From the NCBI RefSeq assembly GCF_006345805.1, contig NC_043022.1:3410001-3474000 (forward strand): 64,000 bases of DNA, in the 5' to 3' direction. The notes beneath the pieces were generated by a model. It did not search any database, was not told where the DNA came from, and saw nothing but the letters and a program-made list of their open reading frames with translations. Every line of letters starts with the position of its first letter. Positions within the stretch are counted from its first letter, which is position 1. Both the position numbers and the translations under genes were made by a program. This document shows positions 22,128-37,200 of the stretch, piece after piece. Origin of the DNA: Octopus sinensis (Eukaryota).

Positions 22128-25100
22128 TAATCCAAACAAGAAAGCACAAAAAACACAACAATGTGAGGACGTGGAACAAATATAGTATTATTGGACGCTC
22201 AGGAAAGAATGGTCTGGTTGGTCACGTGATATATATATACATGTGGAGGTGCAATGGCAGCGGACTCGCGGTCGTAGGATCACAGTTTCGATTCCCAGAC
22301 CGGGCATTGTGAGTGTTTATTGAGCGAAAACACCTAAAACTCCACGAGGCTCCGGCAGGAGCTGGTGACGATCCCTGCTGTACTCTTTTAACGTTTTGAG
22401 CGGAGCTTTTCGTCGGAAACATAGGAGAAGGAAAGATCCAGAGAAGGGAAGACAGAGGAAAAAAAATCGCCAACGGTACACACGAGGTCATGTGTATGTG
22501 TATATGTCTGTGTGTCTGTGTTTGTCCCCCCAACATTGCTTGGCAACCAATGCTGGTGTGTTTACGTCCCCGTCACTTAGCGGTTCGGCAAAAGAGACCG
22601 ATAGAATAAGTACTGGGCTTACATACGAATAAGTCCTGGGGTCGATTTGCTCGACTAAAAGGTGGTGCTCCAGCATGGCCACAGTCAAATGACTGAAACA
22701 AGTAAAGGAGTATACGTGTGTGCGTACATGTATATCTATATCCTTTTATTCTTTCAGTTGTTTCGGTCATTTTGACTGTGGCCATGCTGGAGCACTGCCT
22801 TTACTCGAACAAATCGACCCAGGACTTATTCTTTGTGAGCCTAGTACTTATTCTATCGGTCTCTTTTTGCCGAACCAATAAGTTACAGGGATGTAAACAC
22901 ACCAACATTGGTTGTCAGGTGATGGTAGGGGGACAAACACACAGATTCACACATACACATATATGAAGGGTTTCTTGCAGTTTCCGTCTACCAAATCCAC
23001 TCACAAGGCTTTGGTTGGCCCATGACAAGTAAAGGGGACTTGACCAAGGTGCCGCACAGTGGGACTGAACCTTAAACTATGTAGTTGGGAAGCAAACTTT
23101 TTACCGCACTTTTGTGTGTTTGTATTTTTATAGAAAGTTGTTTAGGAGACCCAAAAGCACAAGGTATTAATATCACTTATGCATACCTTCCCTTCTTGGG
23201 ACACAAAACCCTACTTGTGAAGACCTGTTGAGGCAAGTGAAAATCAAAATCAAAATCAAAATCAATTTACATCAATGGAAATTGTAGCTGTGATACCAGT
23301 GCCGGTGGCACATAAGAGAACCATCCGAACATGGCCGTTGCCAGCGCCACCCCAAACTGGCCTCCGTGCCAGTGGCACGTAAAAAGCACCATCCGATCGT
23401 GGCAGTTGCCAGCCTTGACTGGCCTCCGTGCCGGTGGTACATAAAAAGCACCATCCGATCGTGGCCGTTTCCAGCCTCGCCAGGCCTCCGTGCCGGTGGC
23501 ACATAAAATGCACCATCCAATTATGGCTGTTTGCCAGCCTTGCCTGGCACCTGTGCCGGTGGCACGTAAAAAGCACCATCCAATCGTGGCAGTTGCCAGC
23601 CTTGACTGGCCTCCGTGCCGGTGGTACATAAAAAGCACCATCCGATCGTGGCCGTTTCCAGCCTCGCCAGGCCTCCGTGCCGGTGGCACATAAAATGCAC
23701 CATCCAATTATGGCTGTTTGCCAGCCTTGCCTGGCACCTGTGCCGGTGGCACGTAAAAAGCACCATCCAATCGTGGCAGTGCCAGCCTTGACTGGCTCCG
23801 TGCCGGTGGTACATAAAAAGCACCATCCGATCGTGGCCGTTTCCAGCCTCGCCAGGCCTCCGTGCCGGTGGCACATAAAATGCACCATCCAATTATGGCT
23901 GTTTGCCAGCCTTGCCTGGCACCTGTGCCGGTGGCACGTAAAAAGCACCCCATCCAATCGTGGCAGTTGCCAGCCTTGACTGGCCTCCGTGCCGGTGGTA
24001 CATAAAAAGCACCATCGATCGTGGCCGTTTCCAGCCTCGCCAGGCCTCCGTGCCGGTGGCACATAAAATGCACCATCCAATTATGGCTGTTTGCCAGCCT
24101 TGCCTGGCACCTGTGCCGGTGGCACGTAAAAAGCACCATCCAATCGTGGCAGTTGCCAGCCTTGACTGGCCTCCGTGCCGGTGGTACATAAAAAGCACCA
24201 TCCGATCGTGGCCGTTTCCAGCCTCGCCAGGCCTCCGTGCCGGTGGCACATAAAATGCACCATCCAATTATGGCTGTTTGCCAGCCTTGCCTGGCACCTG
24301 TGCCGGTGGCACGTAAAAAGCACCATCCAATCGTGGCAGTGCCAGCCTTGACTGGCCTCCGTGCCGGTGGTACATAAAAAGCACCATCCGATCGTGGCCG
24401 TTTCCAGCCTCGCCAGCCTCCGTGCCGGTGGCACATAAAATGCACCATCCAATTATGGCTGTTTGCCAGCCTTGCCTGGCACCTGTGCCGGTGGCACGTA
24501 AAAAGCACCATCCAATCGTGGCAGTTGCCAGCCTTGACTGGCTCCGTGCCGGTGGTACATAAAAAGCACCATCCGATCGTGGCCGTTTCCAGCCTCGCCA
24601 GGCCTCCGTGCCGGTGGCACATAAAATGCACCATCCAATTATGGCTGTTTGCCAGCCTTGCCTGGCACCTATGCCGGTGGCACGTAAAAAGCACCATCCG
24701 ATCGTGGCCGTTTGCCAGCCTTGACTGGCCTCCGTGCCGGTGGTACATAAAAAGCACCATCCGACTGTGGCCGTTTGCCAGCCTCGCCTGGCACGTAAAA
24801 AGCACCCACTACACTCATGGAGTGGTTGGCATTAGGAAGGGCATCCAGCCGTAGAAACACTGCCAGATCAGACTGGAGCCTGGTGCAGCCTTCTGGCTTC
24901 CCAGACCCCAGTTGAACCGTCCAACCCATGCTAGCATGGAAAGCGGACGCTAAACGATGATGATGATGATGAAATATATATATATATATATTCTACTTCC
25001 ATTTCAGGTTAGTTTTCTATTTGTTCACCTTCTTCACAATGTTACATTTATACTCCAACTATTCTGCTATCAAATCTGTTACCATGGAAACCATCAACCA

Positions 25101-27390
25101 GTCCCGTTTATGCATCCTGGTGCAGGAGTATCTGCGATCATCCACGATTTTAAATGTGAAAGACGTCAACATGCAAGAACCAGTTATTTTCGGTGAGTTG
25201 TCTAAACCAAGATTAACCCTGATTTAGCAGACCCCTATAATGAAGGCGATTCTGGCCGTGACCACATTGTCCTGTCTTTTAAGGGTTTTTTCTTCTTTCT
25301 CCTTATTTACCTCCAACAAACTTATGTTTTCTTTTTTAACCCTTTTGATACCACCTGAGACCACCTCTGCTTCTATGATATAAACTTCCGGTTTTAACCC
25401 TTTAGTATTTAAACCGGCCATATCCGGCCAAAATAGCTAATCTGTTTTATGTTCAAACTGACCAGATCCAGGCCCTCACACCTACCCTACAATGTTATTC
25501 TACATTAAGTAATTACACCATCAAGATCTTGAAGATATGAGATAATGCATGATTAATTCAAATCAATGGGAATCAATAAGCATTATGTTTGATAGAATAA
25601 TCTGAACACGAAAGGGTTAAAGTAATCTAAATAAAAACTTTCTATTGAAATTTTATGAAAGGTTTTATTTGAAAAATTAGATTAATAATGACTTATCACA
25701 ATAATGGTAAAAAGACCCCCTTTGGTCATGACTGACCATGGGGTTGTACCTAGAAAGTTCCCCTCCAAGGCACAAGTCCAGGCAAGGTTGCTCATGGAAG
25801 ACCAGAAGTCACCCATGCATACCAGCCTCCCCTCCTTTCCATGCCACCAATGTTACCCAAAGGAAAGGCAAAGGGGCCAATACAGCTTGACACCTGTGAC
25901 GTCGCAACTCTTTTCTAAAGCTGAGTGAATTGCAGCAATGTGAAATAAAGTGTCTTGCTTAAGAACACAATACACAGCCTGATCCAGGAATTGAACTCAG
26001 TACCTCATGATTGTGAGCCCGACGCTCTAACCACGGAGCCATGCACCTTCATCACAATAATGGTGAAATATCAGTATCTACCATTCCTAATCAATTCAGG
26101 TGTGAGTTGTCTTGCTTGGTCTAGATAACCTAACATTGTCCAGGGAGCTTTCCCAGGACACTATTCTGCAGCAAATGGGCATTTAAACAAAACATGTATG
26201 AGGGGTTACTGAAAAGTTCCTGGCATCAAGAGTATTGTGAAAGCCCTGGTTGGAGGTCCCCAACCTTTAGGGTTCTTTTACAGCGCTTAGAAAAACTGAA
26301 GGACCTGAAGAATGTGAGAGGGGAATATCTCTCTATATATAAACAGCAGTTTGTCTGTCAGGTTGTACCCTCACCCTGACCACGGCTTTCAACTGATTCT
26401 GATGAAACTTGACACACCCATAGCCCAATATCATAATTCAAAACTAACGCAGTGAAAATTTTGAAAAGTTCCCCCAGTTCTGAAAAGAATTGATAAATTC
26501 GACATGGGGTCGAGAATCTAAGCTTTTTATATGCAACACATTTTCTGTCTAGGGGACACAACTCGACCTTTTTATCGCCCAAAGGGACAGCTAGGAACAT
26601 CGTATACACAGAAGTATTCGAGTGAAGAGAAGACATTGCAACCTACACATGCGCCTTCGTTCCCTAGAGGGAAAGGACTAGATTGGGATTAGTCGTTGCT
26701 TACTAGGGGCTCTTACATACCCGGGCAATGCTGGGCTATGCTGCTAGTGGTGAATAAAATCATAATTAACTGATCCTCCTGTATTTTATTTTACCGAAAG
26801 CCTGGAACTTTCCAGAAGCCCCTTGTCAATTATGTGTGACAAACTGATACTGTTTCTTTTGATTAGGAAGAGGAAAATAAAATCAAGTCTACCTCGGTTG
26901 ACTTGTGTAAAATTGTCTCTGCTTTCCAGGCAAGATTCTCAGCCACAACGCACCCTGCCAAATGTCTTATTACTAAAACGAGAAACATACATTGAAGAAT
27001 TTTGCATTCATCTTTGTTTTACATTTTCAGCTACTTATCGGAAGATGTCCATCCATCTAGGTTGTTCCATAAACAGAATTTATCCAGAGTAAGTCTTTTA
27101 GGAAATTCTTTCAACTGTCTCTCCTGGGATTCACTCACAAGGCAATGTCAGTGAAACCCATACAGCACATCATCGTCATTTAACACCTCATATACTCTTT
27201 TACTCTTTTACTTGTTTCAGTCATTTGACTGCGGCCATGCTGGAGCACTGCCTTTAATCGAGCAACTCGACCCCGGGACTTATTCTTTTGTAAGCCCAGT
27301 ACTTATTCTATCGGTCTGTTTTTGCCGAACCGCTAAGTGACGGGGACATAAACACACCAGCATCGGTCGTCAAGCAATGCTAGAGGACAA

Positions 27391-27430
<40 letters not shown>

Positions 27431-28078
27431 GACGGGCTTCTTTCAGTTTCCGTCTACCAAATCCACTCACAAGGCTTTGGTCGGCCCGAGGCTATAGTAG
27501 AAGACACTTACCCAAGGTGTCACGCAGTGGGACTGAACCCGGAACCGTGTGGTTGGTAGACAAGCTACTTACCACACAACCACTCCTGCGCCTCACAACC
27601 ACTCCTGCGCATATACTTTTTTGTGTGTTTATTAAGGCTACCATGGGTTTCATGTTCAGAAAATATCTTAACAATTTTTCAAGCTGAAAAATATTTTCTT
27701 AACATGAAATCAATGGAAACCTTGATACGCAAACAAAGAATCTTTATCCACCAATGCAGTGTTGAGCACTCATTGTCATTATTTGACAATTTACCTATTG
27801 CACCCAGAATGCATGTGTGTGAGTGTGTAAATGTATGTGCTTTTTTTTCAGTGTTTACAAATTGCATGGAAAAAAAAAAATAGTTACCAGGGTAGCAAAA
27901 ATTCACACAAGTATCAGGGATGTAACAGCCTACTTACAAAGGTAGAGATTCCATGTTTTGGTGAAATGATTTTGTATAACATAGATAAATAAATAAATGG
28001 CGATAAACGAAGGTGTTATTCAAATCTTTATACTTTCTACATATGTTTCGAAGAAAACATTAATGTTATTTCAGAAGG

Positions 28079-28114
<36 letters not shown>

Positions 28115-28529
28115 CATATATATATACATACTTTATTTAAAAGCAGCAGTTTACTCGGAGATTCACGTTCCCGTTCGTCGGACATGTCCGACGAACAAAG
28201 CATATTACTCTACCCCTGGTATTTGAGTACTCTTTTTTCCACCTTGTTTCACATTTATGTGTTTACTCCAGTATATATATATATATATATATATACAAGG
28301 TGCGAGGAGTAAATTATTGCCATTTATATTTTTTATTTCATTCACGCACATTGTTTGTTTTTGATTTTCTCGACTACACAGTATAGTAGGGTCAGTTGGG
28401 CACCATCTGTGAGAAAAACACCACAATGACACATTTCACTCTGCTAGAAATTTGAAAATGATATGCTGTACTGCTTGGATAGTGAATTCAACAATTAAAA
28501 ATGTGATTTTCTCTCCATATTTTTTGTTG

Positions 28530-28561
<32 letters not shown>

Positions 28562-31500
28562 CAAACAGCATGGCCACAGTCAAATGACTGAAACAAGTAA
28601 GAGAATAAAAGAATATATATATATATATAGATATAATATATATGACTGGCTTCTATCAGTTTTAATCTACTAAATCTCCTGATATGGTTTTGGTTGATCT
28701 GGAGCTAAAGTGGAAGACACTTGCCCAGGGTGCCACACAGAGTGAGTGACAGAGTAATTATGGGAGGGGTTCAGATTGTGTAGAGACAGGGTTCTGGTAG
28801 AGTAGATTGCAATTATGTTGAGAAAAAGAGTAACATATTTACTGCAAATATACAAATGAGAACTTCATGCTATTTAATATAATTCTAAAGTAATAAATAC
28901 TTTTGTTGTATCCTGGCAGTGTCATGATACCAACAGTAATAAAGCAATAAAGAAGTGAAATTGAATCAGTGTGTGTGTGTTTATTATTGCTAACATAATG
29001 ACCCTCCCAAGATACAACGAAATTTGTTTCAACTCTTGAGCTTATGTCAAGAATCTTGCAAACTAAATATGAAAACAATAAATATTTCTTTTTCAAAAAT
29101 TGATGTTCATTTCATCATTTTATATAAGCACCAAGAAATTTGAAAATAAGTTAAAAAATTTTGCTGTAATGTCTCTCTTCTTATTATATCTAATTAACAA
29201 TGCTGAAGATTCCTAAAAAGGATGAAATAGTACTATGCACGATTACCATAAATATTAAACAAAAAAAAAGAAAAAATCATATTTTTAGTCTGTTCCTTTC
29301 TGTTGAAGAGCGTAGGCTCGAAACGTAAAAGACTTTCTCACCTTTCCGAGCGTCAAACTAATACACCTGCTTGTTGTTCATACACCTGTCTTTGTCTTTT
29401 GTTTTTCTGTAAATTTCAACTGTGTGTGTGTGTGTGTGTGGTGTGTGTGTGTGTGTGTATTTCTCAGAATAATTATTTTGTGTATTTCTATTTTGCAGTG
29501 AAAGCAATTTAGCCAATCTTAAAGAGATTTATAAAGATTCTAAATATCTAGTGTTCACAGATCTTGTAGATGGTAAGTAATTCTTTGGACTAAATGGTCT
29601 CCCATAATCTAACCCCTTCTGAAAAGGAACCTACGTAAATTCATCTAAATATATCACAGCAACAGATAGGGAACTTTTTGCGGTTGATGGGGGGGCAGTA
29701 AAAATCTAAGGGATCTTCATGCACCTTAGGAGTAAGTTTTTACAATCACCAAATAATCCGTATCCAGAAAGTTTGCCTCAGGATTTTTGGCCATAGGAAA
29801 GTTCGCCGCATTGGAAAGTTTGCTACAAGTCAAAAGATGCATTGCTTCCTTTGGTATATAATTGTTTCAGCCAATAAGAAAGTGTAAGGCAATTTCTTAA
29901 CTCATTTAAAATTTCTTTATTCATTTGACAAAATTTGTGTTGCAAAAATTTTTGTGGAAATTTTAAAAGAGTTAAGAAATTGTTTTCTCCTTTCTTATTG
30001 GTTGAGACATTTATATACCAAGGGAAGAAATTCATCTTTTGTCTTGCAGCAAAATTTCCTATGTGGCAAGCTTTCCTACGGCCAAAATTCCCGAGGCAAA
30101 TTTTCCTGCAGCAAACTTTCCTAGAAGACAAATAGCGTTCACTAATGAACAGGGTGACCCAAAAGTAGGCTTACAGTTATCGCGTAGGCACTTGAAATTT
30201 CTTTTAAAATATTTTATTACATTTAAATTTCTATCTTACAAACTGAAAAGGGATCTTGACAAAATTAACTAAATTAGCATAGAATAATGGTTTCATATTT
30301 TTTAATAGTTAAGATCTAAACAGTTAATATATGAATGCAAAAGAGATAATTGAATAACTGTAAACCTACTTTTGGGCCACCCTGTGTGTGTTTGTGTGCA
30401 TTGCATGTTTTTCTTTGAATTTTATCTAAGTTCTTCTGAAGTGAGTTTAACCCTTTCATTACCAACCCGGCTGAAACTGCCTCTGGCTCTACATACAAAT
30501 GTATTGTTTTCATGAGTTTTGAATTAAAATCTTCCACCAAACCTTAGTCACAATTTATGTTCCTAACACTAGCTGAATGATAACAAAGTTATTTTACTAA
30601 ATTCTTTGTTATATTTAAAGTAATTGAAAGGAACTCAGATCATCTCAAAATAAATACAGTAACGAAAGGGTTAAGCTGATCGCTAACAAAGCAATAAGAC
30701 TTCTTGAGTGAAGTTGTGACTGGTGATGGTATCATGTAACTGATAACCATGCCGGTGGCATGTAAAAAGCACCTTTAGGGTGTTGGGCTTCACAGAGGTA
30801 ATGTGACCAATGCTGGTGGCATGTAAAATGCACTTTTTGAGTGATGGGCCTCACAGGGGCAATGACAAATGACCAAGACCTTTTAGTATTTGCCATGCTT
30901 GAGAAGAAGACCTGTTAAGCTGAGCAAAATCATAGTCTTGGCAAATACTGATGTCATGCAAATAGGCACCCTTGCTGGTGGCATGTAAAAAAATCACCTT
31001 TGAAGCATTGGGCCTCACTGATGCTGGTGGCATGTGCTTTTCAAGTGATGGGCCTTGCAGAGGCAATGACAAATGGCCGAGACCTTTGGCATTAATCCGT
31101 GCTTGAGAAGAACCCCCTTCAAATCAAGCGAAATTACAGTTGTGGCAGCTACAGGTGCCATGCAGCTGGCACCCGTGCTGGTGGCACGTAAAAGCACCCA
31201 CTTGGAGTGGTTGGCATTAGGAAGGGCATTCAGCCATAGAAACCATGACAAATCAGACTGGAGTCTAGTATAGCCCCTCAGCCCCGGTCAGATCGTCCAA
31301 CCCATGCCAGCATGAACAACAGGTGTTAAATGATGATGATGATGATGAGGATGTTGGTAAACATGTGGTTGAGTGTGTGTCCATCTCTTCATCTAAGGCA
31401 GCAGCTCTCAACCATTTCCTACCTAAAGGCCCCTCTGATTCCTATTTTATTCTACAGGACCCCATCCCCTTAACCATGTGATCATCATCATCATCATCGT

Positions 31501-31881
31501 TTAACATCCGTTTTCTGCGCTAGCATGGGTTGGACGGTTTGACCGGGGTCTGGGAAGCCAGGGGCTGCACCAGGGCCTGTCTGATCTGGCAGTGTTTCTA
31601 CAGCTGGATGCCCTTCCTAACGCCAACTACTCCGTGAGTGTAGTGGGTACCTTTTACGTTCCACTGGCACAGGTGCCAGGGGAGAAAATCCTGTTTTACT
31701 TTTGTAATTAAATATTATTAGGAACTGTATTTAAAAAAAAATCATTCAAATAATTTGGGTCTTGGAGAAGTTTAACCAATTTACTGGACATAGATTTTAA
31801 CTACAAAATCTTATAAGGAACCCCCAAGGGACACGGGGACCCTGGTTGAGGACCACTGATCTAAAGAATCTCATGTATGTA

Positions 31882-31912
<31 letters not shown>

Positions 31913-34194
31913 ACGTATGCACATATGTATGTGTATGTATGTCTGGATGTATGTTTGTATGTGTGTAGTATGTATGTGTGAGTGTGTGTATGTATGTACT
32001 TATATGTATGCATGGATGTATATATGTGTGTGTATGTACATATGTATGTGTGTGTGTATGTATGTATGTATGTGTATGAGTTTGTATATATATGTATGTG
32101 TATAAGTGTATGTATGTACATATATACGTATGCATAGATGTATATATGTGTATGTACATATGTATGAATGTATGTATGTGTATGAGTTTGTATATGTATG
32201 TATGTATGTAAGTGTGTGTATGTATATATGTGATTGTATGTATGTATGTATGTGTGTAAGTGTATGTATGTATGTACATATATACGTATGTATGGATGTA
32301 TGTATGTGTGTATGTATGTATGCATGTACGTATGTATGTATGTATGTATGTATGTATGTATGTATGTATGTATGTATGTATGTATGTATGTATGCACATA
32401 CGTATGTATGTATATCTAATATATATTCCATTGTTCCATTGCAAGGTCATATATACATCCTGCTCTGCAACGGAAGCACTGTGGAAGACCAACTGGAAGG
32501 ATGTTTCCAGGCAGAAGTAATAAACGCAGCCATCGATAACCTGATATCACCACAAATTCTTGTAAGTAATCACACAACTAAAACACTAATTACTAGTAGT
32601 AATTAATTTATTACATAATAATTATTTAAAGATTCATATATATCCTTTGTTTTTCTATTTGGTTTGCAAGATTATGGAAGTCATTTCATGTGTTGAAACA
32701 AATCTTCCCCCCCCCCAACGGCCGACACTTCCCATATAAGGAAGTACGCCTACTCTTCACTTGTTTTAGTCATTTGACTGCGGCCATGCTGGAGCACCGC
32801 CTTTAGTCGAGCAAATCGACCCCAGGACTTATTCTTCGTAAGCCCAGTACTTATTCTATCGGTCTCTTTTGCCGAACTGCTAAGTGACGGGGGACGTAAA
32901 CACACCAGCATCGGTTGTCAAGCGATGTTGGAGGGACAAACACGGACACACAAACACACACACACATATATATATACATATATACAACGGGCTTCTTTCA
33001 GTTTCCGTCTACCAAATCCACTCACAAGGTTTTGGTCAGCCCGAGGCTATAGTAGAAGACACTTGCCGAAGATGCCACGCAGTGGGACTGAACCCGGAAT
33101 CATGTGGTTCATAAGCAAGCTACTTACCACTCAGCCACTCCTATGCCTATGAATCTTTATGGGACGACAAGCAAATCCCAGCAGATCTGAGACCGAACTG
33201 ACCTTGAATAAAAAGCTGAACCCTTAAAGAGGTCACGAATGGCTAATGCACACACACACAAACTTCCCTGTAAGCAAACACACATCTACATACACTCATA
33301 CAGACAGACATACACACAGGCATAAGACAAATTCTCAGACAGGCTCAGGGCAGACCTTGAAGAGAGGCGAAATGTTATTGATGAGATTGGCAGAAACGTT
33401 AGCACGCCGGGCGAAATGCGTAGCCGTACTTCGTCTGCCGCTACGTTCTGAGTTCAAATTCCGCCGAGGTTGACTTTGCCTTTCATCCTTTCGGGGTCGA
33501 TAAATTAAGTACCAGTTATTCACTGGGGTCGATGTAATCGACTTAATCTGTTTGTCTGTCCTTGTTTGTGCCCTCTGTGTTTAGCCCCTTGTGGGTAGTA
33601 AGGAAATAGGTATTGATGAGATTGTGAATAGCAACAAAAGGGCTTTGACAAGCAAATGAACAAACTGATTGTTTAACCAACATATTAAACAATTGGTTAG
33701 TCAGTTGGTTTGGTATTTCACCAACTGACTAACAGTAAAGAAGCGTTACTGAACCCACCCATGACACAACAATATTCTCTTTTATCTTTCTCTTTTACTT
33801 GTTTCAGTCATTTGACTGCGGCCATGCTGGAGCACCGCCTTTTTAGTCGAGCAAATCGACCCCAGGACTTATTCTTTGTAAGCCTAGTACTTATCCTATC
33901 GGTCTCTTTTGCCGAACCGCTAAGTAACGGGGACGTAAACACACCAGCATTAGTTGTCAAGCAATGCTAGGGGGACAAACACAGACACACAAACATATAC
34001 ACACACACTTATATATATATATATACATATATACGACAGGCTTCTTTCAGTTTCCGTCTACCAAGTCCACTCACAAGGCATTGGTCAGCCCGGGGCTATA
34101 GCAGAAGACGCTTGCCCAAGATGCTACGCAGTGGGACTGAACGCGGAACCATGTGGTTGGTTAGCAAGCTACTTACCACACAGCCACTCCAGTG

Positions 34195-34242
<48 letters not shown>

Positions 34243-37200
34243 ATCAATATAGGGTGGCAGAAAAATTTTGTAGAATTTTTTTTGCCACCAGCGGCCCAGT
34301 GGGAAAAAATTAAATAGTCATAGACCATTTTTAAGTTCAACATCACAATCAAGGAACGGCCATAATAGGCCATTCACCCACTAGAAATAACAGCCAAAAG
34401 CTTCAACCGCAAATAACATCAATTCCGTAAACCAGGAGAAAATTAAAAGGGTAAATGTTTTTAATTTTCTCCTGGTTTACGGAATTGATGTTATTTTGCG
34501 GTTAAAGCTTTTGGCTGTTATTTCTAGTGGGTGAATGGCCTATTATGGCCGTTCCTTGATTGTGATGATATATATATATATATATAATATATATATATTA
34601 TATATATATACACATGCGCACCTTCGTTTTGGGGATCACCTTTACTTTGTTATCTTCGCTCTCCTGTGTGACCCTTCTGTCCGGCAGTTGCCATGATAGA
34701 TCGGTAGCCACTACACACATTTTTTTCTCTCCTTGTTTCTTTCTGTAGAAGAGCGTAGGCTCGAAACGTAAAAGACTTTTTCAATTCCTGAACATTATAC
34801 TAATACATCTGTTTGTTTTCTACACCACCTGTCTTCGTCTTTTGTTTTTTTCGTGAATTCTCCCCCCACTTACTCTTTTACTTGTTTTAGCCATTTGACT
34901 GTGGCCATGCTGGAGCACCGCCTTTAAAAAAGGGAAATCACGTGATCGACCAGACCATCAGATGTTGTTACACATCGCTGGTCACAATGCGTTTGCATTG
35001 TTTTAGCCTTCGAATGACGCCACCCCGCTGGCTAAGCGAGCAGGCCAACAGAAGAAAGAGTGGGAGAAAGAGTGGTGGAAGAGTACAGCAGGGATCACCA
35101 CCCCCTGCCGGAGCCTCGTTGAGCTTTTAGGTGTTTTCGCTCAATAAACACTCACAACGCCCGGTGTGGGAATCGAAACTGCGATCCTACGACCGCGAGT
35201 CTGCTGCCCTAACCACTGGGCCATTGCGCCTCCACATATATATATAAAACTGTTGTAATACTTACAACATTTAATAAAATGATGTAGTACGAAGCAATCG
35301 TACCAAATTACCGGTGTCATTCTTGTTGCTTATTTTGATTATATATATATTTATATATATATATACACACATACATCCTTCTATATGTTTATCCCTCCCA
35401 GCTGCCATTTATGTCTATTGTTTCCATTCAAATTTCTCTGTATTGACAAGTGTTTCATCTGTTTTTCATCTGTTTCGTTGTTTCTCAGGAACACAACAAG
35501 ACACTCCAGAAGTTAACTGAATCAGCCAGAGACAGTAAGTAAAATCACTCCACAGCTTCTCTCAAAACACTTCCCATTATGAATAAAAGTATTGGGGGGT
35601 CACTTGTGAGGTGTCTCATTAATGCTACTGGTGGGTGTGCCATGGAATCCAGTGCAACTTGTTGCACGATCAGGTTGCTAGCAACTAAATCAGCACCCCT
35701 ACTAGGCATGACTGGTGAGGAGTGTTGCTAGAAATTCAACTTTGTATATAAGTTACAGACCAGAGATTCAAATCGTTGCAGTTTGACTGAAATGCATGGT
35801 TTCGATAAACCACAATAATGGCAAAAATTCGGTGTCTACCATTCTCAGTGATCCAAGGTGAATTGTCTCACCTGATCTGTGAAATTCAGGTGTTCTTTAA
35901 TACTTGACATTGGGTAAGGAGCTTTCCCAGGAATGTATTAGGTAGCAAATTTTGGGAATCTGTTTGGAAAGTGTAGTGATGGTTGTTTCTGATAGGACCC
36001 CATGGTGGGGGTGTCTGAGAATTTTACCCCTATGAAGCTCTCAGGAATATTGGGTGGGTATGGATGGAAAGATGGATGGATAGATAGATAGACAGACAGA
36101 AGGTAGATATCACAGCTGTGGTACTAAGGACATATACTCTTTTTACTCTTTTACTTGTTTCAGTCATTTGACTGTGGCCATGCTGGAGCACCGCCTTTTA
36201 GTTGAGCAAATCGACCCCAGGACTTATTCTTTGTAAGCCTAGTACTTATTCTATCGGTCTCTTTTACCGAACCGCTAAGTTACGGGGACGTAAACACACC
36301 AGCATCGGTTGTCAAGCGATGTTGGGGAGACAAGCACAGACACACAAACACACACATACATATATATATAATATATATATACATACATATATACGACGAG
36401 CTTCTTTCAGTTTCCGTCTACCAAATCCACTCACAAGGCTTTGGTCAGACCGAGGCTATAGTAGAAGACACTTGCCCAAGATGCCACGCAGTGGGACTGA
36501 ACCCAGAACCATGTGGTTGGTAAGCAAGCTACTTACCACACAGCCACTCCTACGCCTATATAATTAGAACGCTTCAAGAAAGCATTGCAAAACACATAAT
36601 TCAAATCCAACAGGAGACCCAGGGGTAGACCAAGAGGGTTGGATCATATCCATAGTCTCTGCTGGTCATGCTTGGGAATCGAGCCGGGAAGTCTAATGAT
36701 GGTTGCTTCTGACAGGACCCTATGAGGGAAGTGCCTCAGGACTCTACTCCTATGACCCTCCCAGAAATTCTCTCTCTTTTTTCTTTACTCCTTTTCTTGT
36801 TTCAGTCATTTGACTGCGGCCATGCTGGAGCACCGCCTTAAATCGAGCAACTCGACCCTGGGCCTTATTCTTTGTAAGCCCAGTACTTATTCTATCGGTC
36901 TCTTTTGTCGAACTGCTAAGTGACGGGGACATAAACACACCAGCATCGGTTGTCAAGCAATGCTAGGGGGACAAACACAGGCATACAAACATACACGCAC
37001 ACACACACACACACATATATATATATACGATGGGCTTCTTTCAGTTTCCGTCTACCAAATCCACTCACAAGGCTTTGGTCGGCCCGAGGCTATAGTAGAA
37101 GACTCTTGCCCAAAGTGCCACGCAGTGGGACTGAACCCGGAACCATGTGGTTGGTAAGCAAGCTACCTACCACACAGCCAGAGTAATCAGATGGGACAAA

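Noticed and set aside
23262-24854. ORFs up to 365 aa with repeated [11 protein letters not shown] motifs
   Set aside because: Products of the ~187-bp tandem array in an RTE 3' UTR; frames shift at indels.
26867-27030. Alternative RUSF1 acceptor at 26866 suggested by ORF 26823-27092
   Set aside because: In the required phase it gives an immediate stop (GGA AGA GGA AAA TAA); the 27031 acceptor fits phase and homology.
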